Below are positions 1 through 13,355 of a DNA stretch of 64,000 nt, one piece after another. A model generated the notes under the pieces. The model was not told where the DNA came from. It saw nothing but the letters and a program-made list of their open reading frames with translations, and ran no database searches. The stretch's first letter is position 1, and every line of letters begins with the position of its first letter. Made by a program: the position numbers and the translations under genes. This DNA is from Eledone cirrhosa (Eukaryota). The DNA lies in the NCBI GenBank assembly GCA_964016885.1, contig OZ024741.1:318370001-318434000 (forward strand). Direction: 5' to 3'.

Positions 1-226
1 TATTTTTTTTGTTATCTGTAATTTCGTTGTCGCTGTTACTGTCATTTTTTTCAAAATTAGAGTTCTTATTGGTATCATTGGTGTCTTTGTTTACCTCGTT
101 TGTGGTGGTGTTTGTGTTATCAATGTGTGTTAATTTCGCTGTAGCGCTCCTCTCAACTTCTACGTCGTTGTCGCACGACAGCCGATATATCGCTGGGGGG
201 GGGGGGGGGGGGGGGGGCTCAGCCAT
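1..226 (-). CDS. ORF open to the window edge (MAEPPPPPPPPAIYRLSCDNDVEVERSATAKLTHIDNTNTTTNEVNK...), possibly the ORF1 N-terminus of a non-LTR retrotransposon
   Basis: ATG at 226-224, then 75 stop-free codons to the edge. N/D/T-rich low-complexity N-terminus. About 200 nt of unique leader ends abruptly at an (AAT)n tract at 433. Confidence 0.4.
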   Translation of the reverse strand, partial: MAEPPPPPPPPAIYRLSCDNDVEVERSATAKLTHIDNTNTTTNEVNKDTNDTNKNSNFEKNDSNSDNEITDNKKN

Positions 227-432
227 GTTTTTTTTCTTCGTAAATTTTTTAACATGTAAAAAAAAAGTTCAAATATTCGGGCCAAAAGGCCCAAATATTA
301 TACTTTCCCCTTCACGGGGCAAAGTCTAAGGGCTTATATCCCTTACACAACAAGAAATATTTAACAACAAATAATTTTAACAGGCAAATAAAGCGACTTA
401 CTGGGAGCGAGCAAAATACGTCCGCTTAGACC

Positions 433-720
433 AATAATAATAATAATAATAATAATAATAATTGTTTCTATTTTTGGAACAAGGCCAACAATTACCAAGT
501 ACATTACTGGTACTTTATTTTATCGACCCCGTAAGGATGAAAGGCAAAGTTAACCTCGGCGGGATTTGAACTCAGATCATAAAGGGACGTAACTCTATGC
601 TTCAAAGCATGGCGCCCGACCCTCTACCGTTACTGCCAATCCACCGTGGTTTCTGATTTAGGCACAAGGCCAACAATTTTGTGGGAAGGGAAAAGTCGAT
701 TAAATCGACCCCAGTGCATT
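433..720 (-). mobile_element. tRNA-derived SINE, family A (MetaSINE-like core), with (AAT)n tail plus an adjacent 3' fragment
   Basis: On the minus strand: A box TGGCAGTAACGG, B box GAGTTCAAATCCC, core CTTTGCCTTTCATCCTTACGGGGTCGATAAAATAAAGTACCAGT. More than 15 copies in the window. Confidence 0.85.
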
Positions 721-876
721 ATTTAATACACAGGAATATGTCTGTCTGTAAGTCTGTCTGTATGTATGTATGTATATGCGTATGCGTATGTATGTGTATA
801 TATGTGTATGTGCATGTATGTAGAGAGAAACAGTAACAAGATGAATCAACAAATGAAAGGTTGTCGCGTTCTTCCA

Positions 877-882
<6 letters not shown>

Positions 883-966
<84 letters not shown>

Positions 967-1069
967 TCTCTCCCTGCCTCCCTCACTTTCACTCTCTCTC
1001 TCTCATCCCCCTCTTTCTTTCTCTCTTTCTCTCCCTCACTCTCATCCCCCTCTCTTTTTCTCTCTCTCT
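883..1069. repeat. (CT)n microsatellite / polypyrimidine tract
   Basis: Direct reading. Confidence 0.95.
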
Positions 1070-1139
1070 GAAGTGCAAAACCACATGTGGATGCAGCCTT
1101 ATGTTCCTCATAGTGGACAGAATTACAAAAGTGTTATCT

Positions 1140-1220
1140 GGTGGTGGTGATGGTGGTGGCAGTGGTGGTGGCAGTGGTGGTGGCAGTGGTGGTGGCAGTG
1201 GTGGTGGCAGTGGTGGTGGG
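1140..1220. repeat. (GGTGGTGGCAGT)n 12-bp repeat
   Basis: Direct reading. Confidence 0.9.
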
Positions 1221-1562
1221 GTTATAGCGAAGAAGATGCACTGCACTGAAAGAATCTGTCCTCGGAAATTCATAACAACGTCCTGACTGATCTGAATTCA
1301 CCATAATCTTTGAGGTCCATTCAACGTTTTTATATACAGCATCAATAATGACAAATGACGTTTGTTGATATAAACCAAAATAAAAGTCAATTACATGAGA
1401 AAACTAGATTACCTTCTCATCAGATATGGTAATTCCTTTCCTAAATGCAACAATGGTATATGTGAAATTAAAATACTACTTAACCGAAATCGAATTTCAG
1501 ATGCAACGTGCTTTGGAGATTTCCAACTCCATTTTAAATTATACAGTTTAAAGTATTGTATG

Positions 1563-2045
<483 letters not shown>

Positions 2046-2565
2046 TCCAAGGCATATACACGTTTTGAGGAATTCATTCATTAAAAACAATAAAATGTAT
2101 CAATTCTTCTTTTTCAACTTAGACATACATATATTTTTGTGGATATATATATATGTGTGTGTGTGTGTGTATGTGCGCGTATGTGTGTGTCGGCGTGTTA
2201 TGTGTGTGTGTGTGTGTGTGTGGTGATTTTTAAAGAATATGTTTATAGATTTCAATATTACATCTGGCATGTGAACAGAAATCTTTCGTCGTTGGCAGTC
2301 AGTCTATTAGTACAAACAATAATAAATAACGGTTACTTTAACAGAACAGAAAATATTTTCTATATCAGAAATAACAAACAGAAGCATCAGCAATAAACAA
2401 ACATACATCGCTGAAATAAACACAGTTGCAGAAAGAAAGGAAAACCGAATAAATAAGTAAATAAATAAATGTTTTAAAATGATTTAAATTTTCAATTAAC
2501 GTGACGTTGCTTTTCTCTATATATTTTTCTCTCCCCACTCACATTATTTCTCTTTCCCTCACTCC

Positions 2566-2727
<162 letters not shown>

Positions 2728-2786
2728 TATATGTCTATATATATATATATATATATAGGAGTTTATTGATCGCTAGAAGCGATCTA

Positions 2787-2850
<64 letters not shown>

Positions 2851-2859
2851 AACACACAA

Positions 2860-2897
<38 letters not shown>

Positions 2898-2947
2898 ACA
2901 CACAAACACACAAATATATATATATATATATATATACACACAAACAC

Positions 2948-2987
<40 letters not shown>

Positions 2988-3155
2988 TTATATATTTATA
3001 CATACATATATATATGCATATATACATACATTATACACATACATTATATACATACATATATTATATACATACATATATATATATACATAAATACATGTAT
3101 ACATACATACATATATACATCTCTCTATCTCTCTATATATATATACGTATATATG

Positions 3156-3250
<95 letters not shown>

Positions 3251-3531
3251 CGCTTGTAGCGATCAATAAAGTATAAACTACAGGACAAACAAAAATACTG
3301 CATACGATTACTTAACTAAGATTAGGAAAGCCAAACTGTACAGGAAACGCTCAAGAAACAACTTGTGGAATAAAAGACCAGCTGCGTAGCATTATATACA
3401 ATAAAAACAACACCACCAATTTCTTACTACCAGTTACTAGTTTCTGGTTATACTGTTCTAACTTTGAAGATGATTTTGGTGGGGATGGGGGTCGGGGTAG
3501 TTATAAATCTTTGATGTAATCATCTACATCA

Positions 3532-3584
<53 letters not shown>

Positions 3585-3769
3585 CTTGTTGTCGTCGCCT
3601 ATCTTGACTACATCATCCTGGTGGTCGTCACATCACCATCCATCATTTACCATCCATCATGATCATCACCTACTAATCTACTAACTCCACATTATGGTAC
3701 TTTACTACAGAAACGATACTTTACTGCTGCTGTTGTTGTTGTTGTCCATTCGGCAGCCATCATGAATGT

Positions 3770-3955
3770 TGATAACATGCTTATCGGTATAGGGTTGGAC
3801 GCCATGCTTTCTAGCATAGTTACGTCCCTTTACGGTCTGAGCTCAAATCCCATCGAGGTTAACTTTACCTTTCATCCTTACGAGGTCGATAAAATAAAGT
3901 ACCAGTAATGTACTGGGTATTTGCTGGCCTGTGCCCAAAAGTAGAAATAATTATT
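3770..3955 (+). mobile_element. SINE family A copy
   Basis: B-box-like GAGCTCAAATCCC, core CCTTTCATCCTTACGAGGTCGATAAAATAAAGTACCAGT, family 3' end. Confidence 0.8.
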
Positions 3956-4160
3956 ATATATATTGGCTTCACATACGTTGCACACGCGCACGCTTACACA
4001 CACACACACATCATGGCGTAGTTCATGTAAAACATATACTAGTATAGGTTATAAAGGTTTCAAATATCATATGATACAGACCTCTATACCTGGAGTAGAG
4101 TTAAATAATTATATATCACTGCCACTTACTGATATAAAATATATTACAAACACACACAGA

Positions 4161-4223
<63 letters not shown>

Positions 4224-4227
<4 letters not shown>

Positions 4228-4421
4228 AAAATGTATGACCCCGACGGCAGAGCTGAAGCCGTTTCGACGGCTATTTCTGGACTAATTTAGTCCAGAAATA
4301 GCCGTCGAAACGGCTTCAGCTCTGCCGTCGGGGTCATACATTTTCCTAATACCCACTCTACTACCCTAAGTACTCTGGTGCGTTATGGTCCACCTGGTTC
4401 CTTACCACAACTCCTTCGTTA
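4224..4421 (+). mobile_element. Fold-back element: perfect 125-bp palindrome plus one-sided tail; Penelope-like 3' end family (other copies 4699-4815, 26113-26150, 60544-60702)
   Basis: 4224-4348 is palindromic around 4286. The tail TACCCTAAGTACTCTGGTGCGTTATGGTCCACCTGG is shared, in whole or part, with the other copies. (TA)n flanks. Confidence 0.7.
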
Positions 4422-4829
4422 TCTATATATGGTGTACATATGTGTAATTTATATATGGAGTTGCATAACTGATATCAGAAAATTAAATACTTCACCTTGT
4501 TTTTTCTTATTCTTTCATAGTTTAACATTATTTTAGAGAGTAATATTATATATCAGAATCTATAGTCTTGAATATTTAATGACGTGCACGAGGATATCTT
4601 TTCAGAAAAGCAGACAGCACTCTGCTTCGATGGGATATCTACATACATCGAATTCTAAAATGGGTATAAATCCTACTCTGACTAATATATATATATATAG
4701 GAAAAGGTATGCCGTCAGAGTCATACATTTTCCTATTACCTACTCTACTACCCTAAGTATTGAGTACTCTGGTGCGTTATGGTCCATCTGGTTCCTTACC
4801 ACAATCCCTTCGTTATATATATATATATA

Positions 4830-5966
4830 TGCAAAAACTGAACGAACTTAAAAATGTACTCACCGAAAGAGCATTCTCACTTGACATAATCACAAACAGA
4901 AAAGAAAGGCCTAAACATACATATATCCAATAGCCGAGGTCAACACAACAAAAGTAACAGGGGAAATGTTTTACCATAGTTGTCTACAGTCAACTCCCCC
5001 CACCCCCACCCCCAACAACATTATATCGAAATGTTGACCCTCTCCACAATAACCTTCCTATTGTAAATGAAATTTAAAAAAAAAAAAAAAAAAAAGATTC
5101 AACTATTACTAACACAAAAAAATCGTCAAACGTAATAGATAGCCCAAAACAGTAAAACATGTCCTTACTGGAGCAAAAACCCACAAATAAATCTCTAATA
5201 TCACTTTACAAACTACGGAGGAAAGTAATGTGGTACCTGTTTATACTTAATTAAAGGACCAGAGTTCAAATTTAAGGATGGAAAACTTTCAGAATAATAA
5301 AAAAAATTCATTTTCAACTCGGAAAACCTAATGTGATTATATACTGTTGATGTCTGCAAAATTACATAGGACGGCAGGGAGTATCATGACGCAAAAGAAT
5401 GACCATACACCACCAACAAATCTGTGATAAAAATGCGAGACAAACCCCTTTAAGCAGCCACATTGTAACATGTGCAGGAATAGATTTACCCAACTTCAAA
5501 ATGTCCCCATTCTACAAATGCTCAGACTCTTTCATTCAACTACAGAGAATAAAAAAAAACAATTCCTTATAAGATATAAACCACAATTAAATATGTAATT
5601 GTTCCCCATTAGACAATAAATAATGATCTATAGAAGAAAATCACCAATTTACAAACCTGTAAGGAAACCTATACATTTGTAAGCACACACACCATAAGAT
5701 CATAAGAAGGAAACCTCTACTAAAAGCTTTTTCCTTTCTGTCTTTCTTTCTTTCATTCTTTCTTTCTTTCTTTCTTTCTTTCTTTTCTACAAATCCTTCA
5801 GAAACCTATTTTTTTTGTAACCCCATAAAGGACCCCTTTCAAACATATTGATACCTATATTCGTATTTTTATTTTTACTTCCCTTATTTTTGCTTTTATC
5901 TGAAAACCCTAAAAATAATCTTCATCTTTTGACACAAGGGAACCCCACTTACGCACACACACACGC

Positions 5967-6021
<55 letters not shown>

Positions 6022-6603
6022 CACACACATCAAAAGACAAAAGGAAAATTCTATATCCGCTCTTTGTTATTTTTATCTATTTTCCCAGACCCTGATAATA
6101 GCTTGAACTTTTGACACAAACATTTGACACAATAGAACCACACTTAAATGCTCTCACACACACACACATACACACATAACAAAACACAAATACCATCTGA
6201 CCATTATTATGAGTAAGAAAAGAATTTTCTATTTTAACCAAGATAGTTTTCTAGTGAATCAATTGGAGCCCCACCTCGACCATTACCACCACCCTTCATA
6301 GAGAACATATATATAAGAAGAAATTTTGACTGACAATTCACATATGTTCTAACTGTCTTCGGAATATGAGAAAAAAATTTTAAAATATTTTATAAGATTG
6401 ACTTAACAATCGAAACCGGTAATATTGGGCAAAATTTAAATCCATTTAATGTAACAATGATAAAAATATTGATTCTGTCGGATTCAGATTAAAATTAAAA
6501 TAATCTTTAAATATACCCCTGTACGGTTTCACTTTTACTTTTTACCTATAACCTTTGATTTGTATGGAAGTTTACTCTCTTTATTCAAATACCCCCTCCC
6601 CTT
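4830..6603 (+). mobile_element. Decayed Penelope-like retroelement 3' part: GIY-YIG endonuclease remnant, pyrimidine-rich 3' UTR, decayed hammerhead
   Basis: Frameshifted peptide pieces at about 5330-5593: NYIG..RKRMTIHHQQI..SSHIVTCAG..PNFKMSPFYK..QFLIRYKPQLN, typical of the PLE GIY-YIG C-terminus. Hammerhead remnant at 6384-6426. Confidence 0.7.
6384..6426 (+). ncRNA. Decayed minimal type I hammerhead ribozyme
   Basis: AATAT-[TTTATAA for CTGATGA]-GATTG acttaa CAATC-GAAA-CCGG-TA-ATATT. Stems I and II pair; the core has 3 mismatches. Confidence 0.55.
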
Positions 6604-6643
<40 letters not shown>

Positions 6644-8851
6644 GTATGCTTAAAAATGAGAATAAGGAGAAAGCAAGAAGGGGATGGGGAGGTTTCCTCA
6701 GCAGTTGTCTGCTGGGGGTCTCGGATATTTCTACGCATTAAAGACAATATATCTACCCCAGTGCGTTCAATAACTAGGTAAGTTTTTGGGAAAACGAAGG
6801 AGGGAAGGAAAGAAAATATAGAATAACAGAAGGGAAAAGGGAAACTAGGAGAAAAGAGAAAAACAGCGAAATAAAATGAAAAAAAAACAAACAAAAAAAC
6901 AAAAAAAAAACGGGAACCAACAAACCGAAGAGTGTGCGAGCAACTTGAAGAAAGAAATATATATATATGGGGGGGGGGGGGGGTAGGAAAACTCTTTAAG
7001 ATACCTGACTGGTTTTATTCAACATTTCATCGCTGCATTAATTATTCAGGTGGGAACATTAATTCATTTATAACTGTCTAAACCATATAATCTCGTGGAA
7101 TATCTTTGGAAGGAGCAAGGCATTCTTGAAAGAAATGAAACAGTACTAAGACTGTGTAACATTAAAAATTGAAGTTTTTATGCTAATACTGCTAATTTTC
7201 ACAACGATATGTCTGTTAGTAAAGTTACAATGGATATTTGGATTCATCAAACCATATTTAGATATGTTTATGCTAAATCATTGCAGGATGTTAAGAGATA
7301 ATTTAATTATAAATTTATACGGAGTAAACAAACATTTTTGATAATTCTTTTTTTTTAGCCACCAGCAAATTTTTCGCGAACCTTTGATTCGATGGATAAC
7401 TCGGGTTATAGAAATTCGATCTACCATTAAAACTTAATTGCAGTGTATCATTTGCATCGCTAAACTACCTAATTATCCAATATCATTATGTATTCATTTA
7501 TTCATTCATTTTTTTTTTTTACATCGTTAAAATCCATCTTATAGTGTCTATATAAATCTATGCTGTCTATTTTTCAAAATGTAAACCCTGTGTGTTTATG
7601 TCTTCGGTCATTGTTTATTTTACATTAATTTATTCGTTCTTAATTTCCTTTCCGTTTAAAACATACGGAAATGCCATCGTTAAAAAACTGTCTTAAAACA
7701 TCTTCGCTGTTATAATGATTTCTTTTTTATGGTTCAGTTTGTTTTCATTATTTTGTAATGTGGATTATCATGTCCAAGATTTGATCCTGCTTTGTCAACT
7801 TGAGATATTGGTAAATATTCCTTTATCTTTATCAGTTATATCCTTTTAATAGAACCCAGGAAAGTATGGTTTTATTGGTCATTCCATTGCTGATATTATC
7901 TATCGATCGTAACTTGTGGCAAAATGAAACGGGCCCATCATCAGATCGAACCAAGGAAATACTGTTTTCATTGGTCTTTCTATTTCTGATATCTGATGAT
8001 CGCAATTAATGGCAGAAGCGCCATGGCTTTTTCTGTCACGGGACGGGTGGGGGCGGTTGAACTCTGGATGCACTGCGCTGAAACATTCCCCAAGGCACTT
8101 CTGTCCACCGCTTTAAGGTTTCCGCTAATCCACTGTCCCTAGACTGCTGTGTATGTTTTAATTGACCCCAGCAACTTAAAGAAAGCCGATTTATATAGAA
8201 AAACCGATCGTCGGATTGGATTAAGGAACCAGCGTTTCTGTTGATATTTCCAATGTATCCGATTTGCTCATCACGACTTTTGGCAGGAGGTGAGGTTTGA
8301 ACTCAGAACGCATAGTTTAGGATCAGGCAGTTCAAAACATCTCACCCGACTCTTTAACAATTCCGCCAATCCACCACTCTTAGACTGGAACTTTAATTTT
8401 ATCGACTCCGAAACGATGAAAGACAAAGTAAATATTGGCAGGATTTGAACTCACAACGCAGTGAGCCAAATAATACACCGTAAAGTTTAACCCGACGTTC
8501 TAATATAAAGAAAAATCAATTTAAAGATAGATTACAAGTAGAGCCAGTGCTACTACCAAGGCCAACTAGGCAGCTCTCTAGGGCGTAAACCTCAGAGAGG
8601 CGAATCACTGAACAGTTTTATATAAAATTGTATAATTAGATTAAATATATAATAATTTCCTGCAATAAATAAAAAGTGCACGAGGACTAGTTATCTATCC
8701 ATTTTAATCCTTTCGTTACCATATTTCTAATGACATAATACCAATGTATTTTAAATAAACTGGAAAACAAACGAGAATTGGAGGAATTTAGTAACAATTT
8801 TGTCCTCATATTTATCAGTTGGGAGCATATTAACAAAGTTTATATATATAC

Positions 8852-9044
8852 CAGACCTGCCAACCTCTAAAAACTCAAACGGGGAGTATATTGTAAAAAG
8901 TGTCCCAAAACGGGGAGAAATGAGGCAAAATGGGGAGATCTTACATAATGAAAGCTATAGCCATTTCCAGAAGAGAAGACATCTCTCATCCACCCTAAAG
9001 TGGGTGAGAGATGTCTTCTCTTGTGGAGATAGGTGACAGGTTTG
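8852..9044. mobile_element. hAT-like MITE (second copy 61506-61696)
   Basis: TIRs CAGACCTGCCAAC / GGTGACAGGTTTG; imperfect 8-bp flanks ATATATAC / ATATATGA; internal hairpin. Confidence 0.7.
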
Positions 9045-9195
9045 ATATATGATATGAGAAAAAAATTATAAGAAAATTCTGAGATCCGAAAAGATATCCA
9101 TGTGGAAGTTTAATATATAATACAATATATAGAAACAGTTTTGTATAGTGATATATATGTGTGTGGACAGTATGAGATGAAAGAATGGTATTTAA

Positions 9196-9597
9196 CTAAT
9201 GTAATGGTACGCGATGGGGCCCACCCACAGCCCCGGCGGACAGAATGGAGAAGGCGTTGCCCCGGAGGACGGCAAGGGAGACGCGCTGGAAAAGCCACTC
9301 CAACTCGCGGGGCACACACCTGCGGCTGGCCAGCTCAGCGCCTATGGTGGTGAGTAAGGAGGTAGCCCTGGGGCCGAGGACACCAGAAGTTTCCACTGCC
9401 AGGGGAACGACCGCAAACCTGTCGGAGAGCGACCGGTATTTGAGGAGTTTGGCCCCCTCAGCCCGACGTGCAGCAGAACCTGGGTCAGTCGCAGACTGCA
9501 CCAGGTTGCGGCTGCAGAAAGTGTCGGTGCAAGTGGCATCCCAGACGAGGGGTTTGCCACCGCGGAACGTGAAGATGGTCATGCCATCTGGCCTTTT
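9196..9597 (-). mobile_element. 5'-truncated CRE-clade non-LTR retrotransposon, C-terminal restriction-like endonuclease domain
   Basis: KRPDG..GKPLVWDATCTDT..AE..K..KY..PLAVETSG..FQRVSLAVLRGNA motif series; GC-rich island; frame open to the stop. Confidence 0.85.
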
Positions 9598-10123
9598 AGT
9601 AGAAAGGGAGTGGTTTCAGCGGATTTGTTATAAAATGTTAAAGTGTCAGATACACCCGCACAGATCTCATTCCTTGACGTATAGTTCTTATTAGGTCATT
9701 ACATCACCCCTGATCACATGACCAAAATGCAAGCAACAGCCAGCAAGGCAAGACAATTCGTATGTATGTGCATATATGTATGTATATGTATGGATGTATG
9801 TAGGTATGTGTGTATGTATGCAATTATGTATATATCTATGTATGCATATATACATGTGTGTGTGTGTGTCTGTGTGTGTCTGTGTGTGCGTGTGCGTGTG
9901 CGCGCGCGCGCGCGCGTGTGTGTGTGTGTGTCTGTGTGTACACAATGAGGGGGTGGCAGAAAGTTTTGAGAAATTGGTTTTGCCGAGAGCTTTTCAGCAC
10001 ACATCTTAGTATATAAATGTGTGAGAGTGTGTGATATTGTGTGTGGATGTTCGCGCTCGTGTATGTGCGTGTATGTATGTATGTATGTATGTATGTATGT
10101 ATGTATGTATGTATGTATGTATG

Positions 10124-10196
<73 letters not shown>

Positions 10197-10670
10197 GTAT
10201 ATATACATATATAATGCACACACACACATACACACACATATATATATATGTATATGTATATATACATATATAATGCACACACACACACACAGATATATAT
10301 ATGTATATGTATATATATTCACATACATACATACACACGTAATTGAATGATTTTCTATATATTCTAGATAGACCAAGAAGCGCTACATCCTTCACAGTTT
10401 TCTTAATGTAATCTTTTACAATTTTCCAACTTTAATGTAATTATCTGTGGCTGGGAGTCAGGCAAAGAAAATGTATTGATGGTTTAATCAATACGCAATA
10501 ATACATATACACAGACACACATATATGTATATATATATATATACATATACATATACATATATATATATATATATATACATATGCATATACATATACATAT
10601 ACATATACACACACATGTTTATGTACATACATACATATATACATATTAAAATACATGCATAACTACATGC

Positions 10671-10716
<46 letters not shown>

Positions 10717-10864
10717 CACAAGAACAAAGTAGAGGTGAACCCTTTGCACGTATATATATATATGTGTATGTGTGTGTGTGAGTGTGTGTGGGTGTGTGTG
10801 AGTGTGTGTGTGTGTGTGTGAGTGTGTGTATCACAAGAACAAAGTAGAGGTGAACCCTTTGCAC

Positions 10865-10899
<35 letters not shown>

Positions 10900-10918
10900 A
10901 TACATACATACATACATA

Positions 10919-10949
<31 letters not shown>

Positions 10950-10981
10950 TACATGTGTGTGTAGGTTTGTATATGTAAATG

Positions 10982-11014
<33 letters not shown>

Positions 11015-11257
11015 TATATAAACAGATGTAGGTGTGCAAAATGTCAGAGGGAAGGAGAGAGAATATGAAAGAGGAATATGGAGAGAGAGGGAGGAAATAG
11101 AGGGAGATTAAGAGAAAGAAAGAGTAACTGGCAGTCATGCAACCGACGGACTCTCTTCCAGACAGTCCCAATACTAGTTTAGAATAGAACACTAGTTTTA
11201 TATAGATACTGTATGTAAACCCCTCCCTCACTCTTTTTTCTCCCTAAATCAACACCG

Positions 11258-11324
<67 letters not shown>

Positions 11325-11342
11325 TTATATATATATATTTAT

Positions 11343-11393
<51 letters not shown>

Positions 11394-11491
11394 CATATAC
11401 ATACGTACATATGTATACATACACACACATATATATATGTGTATACATACATACATACATACATACATACATACATACATACATACATACA

Positions 11492-11522
<31 letters not shown>

Positions 11523-12339
11523 GAAACTCCTCACGCTACCATATTGAAGCATAAAATTTGGCGTAGTTCCAGTCTTCTTACTCTAGGGAAAAAAAATAGG
11601 GGAAACGCGGAAACTGGGAATGGAAATCAATGGTTGAATATCAAAAGAATCTAATGGAAAGCTAGAAAATCTTTTATCGTCTTTAAGTGGTTCCTCCTCC
11701 CCCCTATTTGTATTCCCTTACTCACCATATTCTTCGATTCTTTTACTTTCCTTGTGTCTCATTTACACGTGACCTTTCAGTCTTTTTGCTGCTGTTGCTG
11801 CTAGTGCTGCTGTTGCTGCCCTTAAAAGTTCGTTTTAGGTTTTAATTCTTCATCACGACCGCTTCTCTTCCCCATCACTCCCTCCACATCTCCTTATCTC
11901 TACCTCTCCCTACAACACTCTTCTTTTCATACTTCGCCCTTTACCTCTTCTCTCCCTAACCCTCACTCCAGCTTATCCCCTCTCTTCGCCCTATATCTCT
12001 CCCCGTCCCGTCCTTCTACGTATTCCTTTCTTTATCATACCTTTCAACGAATTCTTTTATTCTCTCTGTTTTGCTGTTTCATCCATCATCATTTATTTCC
12101 CCTTTTATTGTCTGTGAGTTTTTAGTTTATCTTAGCTCAAGCCTCTGTCTGTATACATGTGTGTGTATTAGTGTGTGTGTCTTCTTGCATGCATATTATT
12201 TACCTATCTGTCCATCAATCTATCAGATTCTATTTATAACCATCCCTTTCCTCGTATCCTCCCTCCTCGCAATCTACCTCCTCCAGCACTCTTCTATATA
12301 CATTTAGGCGAATTCGAATTTATTCAACAGAAGACCCCT

Positions 12340-12652
12340 AACTCAGATATGGTAACCAAGGGTTTGCACCTGTAAAGGCTAAGCAAAGGCTGGACAAGTT
12401 GTTTTTGTGGCAGAGACCAGTACTCGCCCTTGCAAGTCAGTCTCCTTTCTCCACACCACCGATGTTTTCCAAAGGAAAGGGAAAGGCAGAAACAGCTTAG
12501 CCCCAGTGACGTCGCAAATCCCCTATTTTGTTTTTCTTGCTGAGTAAAACAACTAGTTCAATAAAACAACGCACCACGCGGTCCAAGAATCGAAGTTACC
12601 ACTGTACGGTCGTAAGCTGAACAGTATACCCACTAAGCCACGTACCTTCACG
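12340..12652 (-). mobile_element. tRNA-derived SINE, family B (CORE-like)
   Basis: Minus-strand head GTGGCTTAGTGGGTAT...ACTTCGATTC; related copies at 19462, 23235, 34822, 50540, 55015, 58235 and 61248. Confidence 0.6.
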
Positions 12653-12942
12653 ACGTTCTCCTACATCATCAAAATAACATTATCTTGAAATATTTAAAGA
12701 GTCGACCTCCTCAAAAGCAATTTTAAAATATTTAACATTTCGTTACTTTCAATGTTTACACAAGACACACTAACAGCTTCATATTTACTCCTTATCTCAC
12801 TCATTACACGGTTTCTTCTTTATTTTATGCTCTCGTTATTCTTTTACCCTCCAACTGTTTCTGGATTCCTTCTCGATATTCGGTAATTGCTTTGCATTTG
12901 TGCGCACGCACGTGGGTTATGTTTTGTGTGTTGTTTTGTGTG

Positions 12943-12993
12943 TTGTTTTGAGTAGTGTGTGTATAAGTGCATTGGCTTGTGTTGTGTATGAGT

Positions 12994-13037
<44 letters not shown>

Positions 13038-13083
13038 ACTCATACACAACACAAGCCAATGCACTTATACACACACTACTCAA

Positions 13084-13088
<5 letters not shown>
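12943..13088. repeat. Perfect 146-bp palindrome centred on an (AT)n tract
   Basis: 54-bp arms at 12943-12996 and 13035-13088 around (AT)n 12997-13034, followed by more (TA)n. Confidence 0.9.
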
Positions 13089-13122
<34 letters not shown>

Positions 13123-13249
13123 TGTGTGTGTATGTATGTATATATATATATATATATATACATAAAGTGTGTGCACGTATGTTTTGAGCGTGAGAGTGAG
13201 GGGGGATATGGAGTGTGTGTTATGTGAGAGAGTGTGTGTGTTTGTGTAT

Positions 13250-13355
<106 letters not shown>

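Noticed and set aside
861-1286. Gly-Ser-rich / poly-Pro ORFs
   Set aside because: Produced by (CT)n and a 12-bp repeat; the intervening piece resembles a LINE 3' tail.
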